Shown: positions 22,101 to 34,100 of the stretch, piece by piece
Layout: each line of letters begins with the position of its first letter
Numbering within the stretch: the first letter of the stretch is position 1
NCBI GenBank assembly: GCA_024704765.1
Contig: JAKMXF010000354.1
Coordinates: 481,690-545,689, forward strand
DNA length: 64,000 nucleotides
Direction of reading: 5' to 3'
DNA from: Oopsacas minuta
Taxonomy: Eukaryota > Animalia > Porifera
Translations under genes and position numbers: made by a program
The notes under the pieces: generated by a model
The model's database searches: none
Told to the model about the DNA's origin: nothing
What the model saw: the letters and a program-made list of their open reading frames with translations, nothing else

Positions 22101-25100
22101 CCTCACGTAATTACCCCTCAAATATTTCTGAATAACTACTGCTGATTTACTAATGTTCCTGTAGGATAATCTTGCTAAGTATCCACGAGTATAAGATTGT
22201 ATAACTAGGATAGAATAGGTTATATCGTGTGTAGATTCATTTTTCAATAACACTTCTGCTTCACCAGTACCGTAGTATTCATGTTCTCTCAAATGATGTA
22301 CAGCTAATTTGTAAGTCTCTCTAGAATGCTGAATACGAGTATTCAATAGATTTCTAATTGAATCTGAATTCTTAAATAAATAATTTTCTAATTCTGTTAT
22401 TGTGATTAGTTGTTTGGTTTGCAATGTGTTTCTTTCTTCAATTTGTCTATCTATCATTTCTATAAAGTCATTTCGAGGTATGTTATACATATTTCCCTTC
22501 ATGTCTGAAGCAAGTGTAATCTCCCAGCTGTCTAATTTCTCAAGACATGGTATCTGCCTCTGTATTGATTCTCTGTACTCAATCTCCTGAGTGACAGGGT
22601 TACCATCTAATTCAAGAATATTGAGTCTGTAGTTTTCTCTCAAACAATCCAATAGAGAATTAAGGTTGTCAAGATAATTGAATTTAATCTCCAACCTCTC
22701 CAGCATAACCAATGCTGATAAGTTCACCAAAATATATATAGAGTTTCCATTAAGAGTAAGAATCTGTAAAGACGGTAGATAAGCCTGTTGTAAAGGCTCT
22801 AAATCAGTTATATTATTATCATCTAGTCTCAATACACTGAGTAACGGGTGATATAACATTGAAACAGTTTTGAGATTGTTACCACTCAGGTCTACGGTTT
22901 GTAGGAGAGGACTAAAAGATGTCTGCGGAATTTCTGACAGGTGATTATGTGTACATGATAGTTCTACTAGAGATCTAAGATTCTGTAGACCATCACCTCT
23001 AACAAGTAGATTCTTATCTACAAATAGTTTCTGTAAATTTACAAACCGAATAATCTCACCAAAATGAACGAGTCTGTTGCAATTCATTACACACTCAATT
23101 ACACGTGAATTCTTCACAATACTTTTCAGTACAGAAACTCTATTATGACTCAAATCAATATAATAGATGTTGTGTAGTCCCTTTAGATTGAATGTAGTTA
23201 AACCACAGTGCTGTAAAGATATGTGAGTAAGGTTGGGGACATGTTGTATACCTTCTAATGATACAGCAGGACAATGACAGAGAGATAAGGTGAGTAGGTT
23301 AGGAACTTTAACGAGACAGCTTAAATCAACAGGATATTTCACTTCATTAACAACTACTCTAGTTATCTGGTGTAGTGGAGTATTGACAGAGCTGTAGTCA
23401 GTTAAATGTGAGTGGGAGAGAGGCTTGTAATGGGTAGGGATTGGATCAGCTGGTATGTTCTTAGAACGGATTGGAGATAGAGAGGAGTCTTTCCATAAGC
23501 TATGTACTTTTAGCCAATTTAATCGTAGCTCTTCTAACAGTAATAATATTCTGTGAGGATTAATATCCTCTTCAGGGAGAGAGGGAATAGATATAGAAGC
23601 TGGAATTATGTCCATATCTAAAGGAATTGCGATTTCTTGAGAAGTATTATGCATATTTGTGTGTGATCTATTAATAATAGATTTGGGATGCATTTGACCT
23701 GGAGATAATAATTCTTGTTGTGTTGGACTAACTTTACCTAATGATTCACATAATTCAACTCTAGAACTATCAATGGAGTCTTCTCTAGTGGTATTAGATG
23801 CTACTGTATCTATATCTCGAGTATTCATTTCTTGTACAATACTACAATTTATATCTTGGGACTGAGTAACTGATGGAGAAGCAGATTGAACAGATTCCTC
23901 AAGAGTGTTATTATGAAATTCTTGTTTACGGGTTTTCAACAACAGCATTGAATACATTTTTCTTGCTACATTTCCTCTCCATAAAGTTTGTATTATAATA
24001 GTAGCATCGATAATTCTATGTCTCTGACTCAATAACTTGAAGTATGTAATTCTACACTGATACATTCTCCAAAGAGATTGTATCAAAACAGCTGATCTAT
24101 GTTTCTTCAATTCATTAGCTTGGATTAACTTTTTATGCACATTCTTAGCCATACATACCCTCCACCAGTTTTGTATTACAACACTAGCAGTGTTTCTACT
24201 GCGATCTCTTACAAGATTTCTGAATAACCGTAAAGCTATACTTCTCCTATAGAATGATTGTAGCTTGATTATACAGCGTATTTTAAGGTGATATTTGTTT
24301 CGTATTTGGGGATAGTATAGTTTATACATCTGGTAACCTCTCCATTGTGTTTGTATCTTCGTAGTAGCACTAGAATATAGGTTGTGCTGGAAAGCTGTTC
24401 TTGCATTTATAATACTTTCTCTCTCTTCAATAAATCGTTCTCTCAACTTATCAAGTTCTTCTGTTAAAGACATGGGATTATCATCATATGTAAAACTATT
24501 AGGAGATGTATCTTTATTAGAAATGTACTGGGGATTAGAGATATCTGTATTTATTGATTCGTTAGCTACTGAAAGTTGGCAGTTATCAAGGTCTAGATGT
24601 GGAGATGATATAACCTCAGATAGAGAAATAGCTGGCCTGTCGTGGGATACATTAGAATTTTGGAAAGGTTCTTCTGTAGGAGAACCTGTTGTAACATTAT
24701 TAACGAGTGATAGCACATGAGATTCGGGTCTCGTATCACAAGGAACCAGCTCAGCTGTATCTTTCAGGATTGCAGAAGTGGAATTTATCACATGCTGAAT
24801 TGGACTAGCATTTTCAACTGTTTCAGAATTATCAACTTTGTGTAATGCAAGAGAGAATGTCTCAATCTCCTCTTTGGCCTGATCTAATAATATTTGCGAG
24901 TTATCATTTTCAAGACATAAGTTTAGTTTCTTCTCAAGTTTCTGGTCGTAAACACTGGGTTTACAGATAATTTCAGCTTCTCTTACAAGTTGGTCTGTCT
25001 CGTTAGAGGTTGCAATGAAAGTATCTTTCAGTCGTTTGAGAGCCCAGAGAAATGGGTTTTGTGTTTTACTCATCTTTAAGAGTTTCCCAAACAATTGAAA

Positions 25101-28100
25101 TATTAATACAAAGAAAGAAGGAAGATGACTATATTTTGGGCAATTAACAATGAGAGAATTTATTGCATTAGAACCGCGAATAGAGCTGATCCCAAATATT
25201 TCAAATATCCCAACCTCTATCATTGAAACAAATTGTATAATTCTCTCGTTAGAGTCGAATTTTAAAATTAGTTTTCACAAGAATGTAACTTACCTATGTT
25301 TTAACAATTGAGCTAGCATTGGCATACCATTCTTACAAGCAGTCAGTGTTATCAGTTCTTCTAACAGAGTTCCTAGAGGCAACGCATCTAACATACAATA
25401 CGTACTATAGCTGAATAGAACAAGAATACCAAAAATGGAAGCGTGGTGGATAAATTCCAGGTAGATTAATCAGCAATCTCTGAGTATATCGATACGCCAC
25501 AGGACTACGTAGCAAATGCAAATTTGTAAAACTAAATTCAAAATCTCAAAAATCCTGTCCCTACAATAGATATTCTATTGATATTACTCTGGTTAATACG
25601 AACAAATTTTTACCTTCCGCGTCCGTCGGTGTTCGTATTAACGAGGTTAGAAAACGTTTTTATACTAAATGATATAACACTTCCTTACTAACTAATCTGT
25701 GGTGGGGTGGTTGGAGGCATTGATTCGATTGCACCAGCCCTGAGCGTTTCTCCAAATGTCATTTCGTATAATAAACGTCCTATATTGTATACAGCTTCTG
25801 ATTCTGAATTCTAAACGAGGGAAACTTGAAAACGAATTTAGAAGATATTGGCATAAATTTTCCACAATTTGGAGTCTGCAAAGATAAAAGAATCTCTTTG
25901 GGAACTAACATTACGAATTTCAAGAAGGTTCGCACTCATTTCATTAACCTTAACAATAGCAGCCTGTTTTGGAACTTTCAGTGAATAATTTCATTAATTG
26001 ATTATCTAACAAGCCAAGTCAGTCAGCTTAAATTTGTGAGGAAGCAATTGATAGAAATACAATACAATACGTCATAAAACGAAACTGAAACAATATACAT
26101 AATTCAATAACGTAACAAGAAATATTTACATAACACGTAGAGCTACATAATCATGAATAAATCAGTAGTTAATAGGAAGTAGAATTACCTGAATCTTTCT
26201 AATATTGAGAGTGTGATATCTTGAATGGTAAGATAGCCCAAGTAAGCTATTTTCAAGATCTGTCAATCTGAGAAGTGTCAAGAGGTAATAAAAAATATGT
26301 TAATTGTCACAGAAATTAAACATGCATGATCAGTGAAAAGGAAATTATGTCATATATATATCATTATCGTATTCTGTACTGCAATCAAGATGGACAATTC
26401 AAAATTCAAATCGTTTAGACTATTAATATAATTTATGATTATTATGACAAACGATTGACTTACTTGCAAACATCAGCCTGCAATAACACATTTCCAGCAT
26501 GAATATGACCTAATTTCAGATAGAAAGAACTTAGTAAGTATACGTATATGTAGGGAATATACGTATTTCACGAAAATATCTGCTGATAAGTAATTCAACA
26601 TACCTAAAATGAATCCTCTTTCTTTCAAGAAAATAATTGCCTACATAGTGTGACATAGCTAATCTCTGCAATTTTAGTGTAGTAAATGGACCCAATATAA
26701 CAGCAATATATAATTGCAATCAATCACACGTATGCTAATTCGTAAATGAATTTTCGCGCACATGAAACCTACCTCGATTATTTGTCTGCCAAATTTCTTG
26801 ATCTCATGAACAGGTAGAGCTCTTCCCTTACCTCCATACTTTTTCATGTAAGCAGCACGTGGTTTGGACTACATGAAAAACTAAGTAATTTGAAAGCAAA
26901 ATGAAATTAAACCCACACTGCAAAATCTACAAACGTATATGTACGTATATAGGAAGTGGGCTATTAAATCTTCTAATACATTCTTAAATTTTAACTAACT
27001 GCTCCAAACATCTGAAATATTATAGCTATTACTCGGATAAGTTTTATCGCTGGGGAAGCCGGAATTACTAGCGGTTAGATTAATTTGTGTATCATCGCAA
27101 AAATCATGAATTAGCCCACTAGGACCATAATTGATCAAAAAGTGATATTTGAGTAAATTCAATATGTAAATCTGTAGGTTTCGTGGTTGACTTTCATAAT
27201 TATAAGCCACTGAATAATGCTTTATAAAATGTAATAATTCTACTGAATACGACGGCTTATCCCAGGTACCGTTATTTAATACACGCAATTGTGATATCAT
27301 TTTTTGAATTAAAAAATTAGTCTTACAGCTATGATAAATACATTAGAGAGAATTATCCAAATATAATTACCAGTAAGTAATATATAACTCCATGAATCTT
27401 ATAGAAAGATTCCTTTCTGCAAATACAAGTAATGATTTAGAAGACAGTATTTCTATGACGAATGGTATTTAAAATACGTATATCCAACAACAAAACACAG
27501 AATGACTGATTCGCACCAGGGAGAGCGGGCAAAGAGGAAAAGATATAATTTGTATAATCCATTTTACTTTCAATATTTGCGGATTAGGAGTAGCTATAAT
27601 TAAACTGGATTATACTGAGCTTTGATGCAAGGGTTCTAATTAAGTATAAATAGGACAAAGAGTTGAGAATATGATTAACTATCCAATCTACCTTTATGTA
27701 TTGAAAGTGTATATATATAAGCAAAAAACATTTATTCCTTAGAAAATAACTACAATATACTCAAGAAATGTCTCAAGAACAAAAGAATTATCCAAGCGAC
27801 AGCACTAAGATACCAATGTTTGGCCCAACTGGTTCTGGAAGGGACAACACTTATATGGGGGGGACATTACCACCATTTCATAAAGCAGCAAATAACATAG
27901 ACGCGAAACACATATCACTCATGCCCAATCAAATCCCAAAAAACAACTATCAGGATAAGTCCATTAAATATTTTACAGATAACAAAACTTTAGATGGTCA
28001 CACAAAACCTAACGATAAATTGCGAGGATTAATTGAGAATAAAAGGCAAGATGGAGTAATAGATCTAACGGGTGGAAATGTAGCTACAGGACATCAAATA

Positions 28101-31100
28101 CAAATGCAAAACAAACCAAATTCACAACTTCGACCGCAACAGCATCCAAACATGATACCTCCTACAAGCTACACTTTACCAGCTAATGATACAAATGGGC
28201 AGTTCATAACTCAAACTACGAAATCAGATCCTACTCATACAAGATTGGCTTTAGACTCGATTTTATTACAAAGAAAATCATTGAACGATCAAATGTATAA
28301 TCCACAGCTAATGCAAAATGATCAGTATCAAACAAGTCAAACAACGAACCAGCAAAGAGTTGTGTCTACACAAACTAACATGGTACACAAACTGCCAACA
28401 GATTATACCCAAAACCCAGCACTTTATTACACACAACAGCCACAAAATATGCAGTTTCCTTCTTACAACAAGAGCTATCCTATTCAAATGCAACATAGAG
28501 ACAAAATATCTGCTGTAACAACACGAGAACAAATGACAGGAACTGTTCATACAGGAGATACGTTACAGAAAAATAACCTCCCTCAGGTACAAATGCAACA
28601 TAATCCTCAATATCAGTACACGAAAGTAAAACACCAATACAACGATAACCCTGTTCAGAATATTGGTTTGAATGGTGGCTATCAAAATACACAACAAATG
28701 TATTCAGTAAAACAGATGGAAAACAAACACGAAAATATTTATAAAAGGATGCCAAATTCGATCCAACAAGATGCGATTCAAGGGAGATCATATGTTCAGA
28801 ATGATAGCGTTATTAGCAATAATTTCGGTACAACACATTTAATGAGTCAGCCAAATTATGGTAATGGAATAACCGCGAAAAGTAATCAAATGGCAAATAC
28901 TCAAATACAAAGAACAGGTTACAAAACGATTCCTACGTTATATTCCAGGCAGTATGAGAATCAGAATCAGCTGATATCCACACAAGATCAGCAAAATAGC
29001 CTAAAACCTCTGACTACACCCAGGCCTACTACAATTCCTGATGAGAGTATAGCAAGTCAGGGACATCAATTCTACGATTTTAACAATAATAATACAGACT
29101 ATCAAGATGGTATTGCTATGAATAAACTCATAGATGTGATAGACAATGCAAATCTTTTAAATTATTCAGATCGCCCAGAAGCAGGGATACCTGTTCAACG
29201 AATAAAAGAATATTTGAAAATGACAGAAGTTAAGCATAATTTTCCAATGACGTCATCAGCTAACTATGGTTATACTCATCAAGACTTATCAACAAGAAAG
29301 AGACCAAATGATGCAAAGTGTGCTCACGTAGAGCCAACGAAAAAACAGACAATATTATCTCAATGCCCCGTAGGATATATGGATACGTTCGGTATGTATG
29401 AAAACTCACAGAATATCGGTTCTCCGTTGAATTTCAATGATCCATTAGTATACGAGATGAACCACACCTCTACTCAACAACAATTATATCATTCACGAAA
29501 CCTAAATATCCATCAATCTGGCTACCAATTAAACAATAACGAAATGAATCAGATAGTTCCTACTTCTAGCAGTTTACATTCCTCGCCTAGCTCGATTAGG
29601 AACAATGATTCTCCAGGTGTTGATCCGCTTGCTAAAAAGAGGAAAGATGATGACCAAGATTTTTCCACCAAAATAAGCGATGAAGGAACAATCTACAATT
29701 GGTAACAAATCACTCCTCACTCAAATTACACAAGCTTTCAGTTTACGCAATTATTACACATAAAATATAAATACATAGCAGATTTGTTATATAAATTTTG
29801 ATTTCAATTTTTATAATTTGATCATTGTGTATAATAATCAACCTTTTAATGTATATGATTTTATGGATGATCATCAATATGTACGTATACGTGTCACTTT
29901 TGTTTGAAAATAAATATTACTGTCAATTCTATATCTACATTTAATAAGCGTTTAACAAGTAAAGCTTAGAATATTTTGAAAACTAAGTGAGACACGGTAT
30001 CGAGTTTTGAGCTAAATAATCATTCTAGACTTTTGATATGATGAGACGCTATTATAATCTAATCAGACTAGAGAATTAGCGAGTTTGTCTACGTTGCATC
30101 TTAGGATCTGTGAAGAAATAGACACAATAGTGTCACTAGTGGTAACATAAAAATATCCATCGATCTTTGCCATATTCATTCAAATTTTCTTTTAACCGAT
30201 TAGATTCACTCTATAGATTTACGTATCTATTTACACAGACGATGCTATAAGAATTGCCCACTGAATTTACATAATAGATTGTTGCAATGCTGACATATGT
30301 ATAATATGCCTGGGTCTAATCATCAAAGAAATATACATTGCATCAGGTGAATATCCAACAGGTTTATCATTTATAACAGAATTAGCATTAAATGAATTAC
30401 CATTTCATAATCCATTAAAAGTGAGTAAAACAGGTAATAATTATCAGAATAACTATTATAGTATATCCCATCTTTGATTAGCTATGTGGATATGCTCTGG
30501 TTAGCATAAATTTTATGAATTAGGAGAATGAAATCTCGTGTGCACGTGTCTCAATCACTTTGCCGTGTTCAGTAATATTTATGCTGTAATATACAATTAA
30601 TAATTAAAATACACAAATATGTAATATGTAATAGTTTATTAAAACAGGGAGTCCTTTACAACAAATTCGCAAAAAGTTTACATACATATCAATTAACCAA
30701 ATATACGAATTGGTATATGACACAATTACAACAAATTGTAATGCGTATTTAATGGAAATTAAATCATAACTAAGTGTACCTTGTATATGTAATCTTTCAG
30801 AGAGCCTTCAGGGTTGAATTCCCTTAATATTAGTGCCCCTACTTCGCAAGGCAGTGCAAAGGTTGTTGGGTAAATGTAAGGATGCTGTGAATAGATAAAA
30901 TAAAGATGTATATAAAAATGAATTCATTCTAAGAGAAATTAGTAGTGTCAGTCGAGATGTTACGGGATTCAGGATAATCTTTTTATTTACAAGTAAAATT
31001 ATCAATTTTAATACTTTTCTTTTGTCTTGGTACAGGTAAATAAATAGTTAAGTCTTGCTGTTTGCAAAATATAATCAGCTACAAATCTGATGAATAATTA

Positions 31101-34100
31101 AACCATCAAATACAGCTCATATATATTGAAATGACGCTATATGATCCATATTAGTATAAAGAAACTAATTTGATTAGAGACATCTGCGTATCAAATAGCA
31201 GAGCCAAATCTAGCTGGACACAATGTGAATAATATGAGTCATAATTGCAATAATGGCCAATAAAATAATAGTACAATGTAACAAGATACATGCGATTTTT
31301 GTGTTGGGAATGCTTGTTACAGTTTTTGGAAATTTGTACTGCTAAATGTATTATGCGTAACTATTTTAATTTCTAGCTCATTGGGATAAAATAAAATATT
31401 ATTAATGAACATTCTATAAATAGATTAATTGAGAGAATATTAAAACCTCACTTCCTATCTCTAGTTTCATTAAGGAAGAGAAAGTACGAATAAAACAAAA
31501 TTGAAGTCTGTTTTTATAACCACAGTAAGAAAGAGATACGACATAGCTTTCAATTCGTGTATAATTGCAATTTTGTGTGGTTCGATTAATTCCAGGTCAG
31601 ATAACAGTTATCAAACTGGTTACATGAAAATCACACTGGTATAAGTATAAATTGTGTAACGTATAATGATTGCCCAATTTTGGGTTAGTCTGTTTCAGAT
31701 ATTATTGGAATTTTCAATAATTATAATGTATAGAAGTTATTAATATTAAAATAATCAATTAACAAGAGAGATAGAAGACATTTTGCAAAGAAGAAATAAT
31801 TACATATCATACCAACCTGGATGGTACATAAAGTTTTAAGTGCTGAATTTAATTCTCTCTCCCCTAAGGCGATATCTGGCCCATTCTCCACCTACATCCA
31901 AACATATAAAATAGTTTGTGAAAGAAAGGGAAAAATAAAATTGTGTAATTACCATGATAAGTATATGATCTGAGATTTTAGCGTCCACTTTAGATTTAGC
32001 TAATGAGTAATGCTTTCTCTGTCTCCAACCTAAACAGCAAGAAGGTATAAAATTCTCTAATTAAAGTTGTCTAGATAAATTATGATATAGCAAGTACTTA
32101 TTAGCTTACCAAAATCTTTAAGTGATTCCACTATTTGCCATTTTGGCTCAGATCTTAGTTGCATTGAAACATACTCGAGAGCTTCTTCTACAGGACAATA
32201 CACATTACGGATATTGGATTATGTGAGTTTTACTTCAGATGTGAGGGTATAAAATATTTATTTATTATAAATAAACATAAATACGAATAATAGGAAAAGT
32301 GTTAAGATAATCAAGCCATTGTAAATATATGTAAGTAGGAAGTATAGCAAATCACATATACTTAGGTTAACACAAATTCTAAAGTAAGTATATACAAATT
32401 GAACGGTATACAAGTGTGTTAGTTTACCATGCATCCTCTCTAAGAAATGAGCTGGATCGAAGAAGCTTTGTACGATAAGAGCGTTGGCAATAGCAGGATC
32501 TTGTGTTATGTGGTCAATAAATGTCTAGAAATGAGATTAGCATTAATAATAGATATCAAAGCTCTCTATAATATATGACAACCTGTAATCTTAACTGTCT
32601 ATCTTGAATAAAACTTGGATCCATATTTCCAAAAAACTTTTTAGGAGGAAGAGGGTGTGTAATACCGAAAATCTATAATATATCTCAATAATTACTGGCA
32701 ATATTCGTCAAATTAGAACATTGCAAGATTGCTTATATATTATTCAACGATTACTTCGTAATCACAGCTGTTAACTAGGTACAAAATTCAATTATATTTC
32801 CTGCAATCAGATAGCAGGTGTATGTATATTAGAGAAAATTCATTAATAATTAACAGGAAATACGTAGATGTGTAATACATCTACAAATGATTAATAATAC
32901 TATTAGTAATGTATACCCCAGGCTGTCCCGGTAACTGAAAAATGATTAGTGTATTTAGTTTCACTGTTTCAGTGACATTATGATGCAACAGGAGTTAACA
33001 GAAGGTAGTGGCGTCTCCTGAATTACCAGGCAGATTACAATAAAAATTTTCAGAAATATACAATACCACACAACACTGTTACATATGTATTACATCAGAA
33101 ATAGTATTTGGGTACATTAATATCACTAAAACACATATGTAATATTATACACATAAATTACTAACTCAAGGTAAATTTGAGACGTACTATTAGTTTCTGA
33201 TTCAAGTCATTGAAATCGCTGTAACGTTTTAATATCTAGAAAAATAATGATATCATAACGGAAGTTATGGTAATGTATTGTAACTGAGTCATTTCTTCTA
33301 CAGAATTGGTATTAGAATCAGAACTGAAAGAGCAACACAAATACATTAAAATAATTTAGAATACATATATAGTATCTGGCGGAGTTTCAGTGTATTAACA
33401 AGTGATATATGTAATTATATTTAGTTAACTGGGATAAATTGATGAATTGATAATTATCAATATATTACAGAATAGTAATAGTTCAAGAATGGCAGATAAG
33501 AATCCAATAGTTCCAGAACAGATAGAAGATGATGACCTAATGGATGCATTCATACAAGCAGCGAACAGAGATTCTAATCGTCTAACAGAGGATAACTGGG
33601 AGAAAGAGATAGAGCAGGTTCCGTTATTTATGACTAAACCAATTGATCCTAGTCAGGAGCTGAGTCCTGAAATAGCTGCTATTCAATCACTCATTTACGA
33701 TAATGAAGATCCAAACGAATCTGCTAGAGCTTACAAAGATGAAGGAACAAAATTCTTCAAAAAGACTCAATACAAGAAAGCAATAGACTCATACAGTGAA
33801 GGATTGAAACATGCAGCTGATTCAGATCTGAGAGCTCAGCTGTTGAATAACAGAGCTGCATCGCAAGCTTATCTAGGTAACCACTTACTAATTAACTAAC
33901 ACACTTATGCTGTTATTTTCCTTTAATATCTACTAAAACATTGCTTGGCATTAAATTCTCAATTTAGCTTACAATGATTGAATATTACTTTCGTATTTCA
34001 AATAGAGTTGAGAAGAATGTAATCAATTTAGTTTGTATCATGCAGGTAACCACGGGAAGGCTCTTGAAGACGCTACAGAAGCGATTAGCTTGATGTCTGG

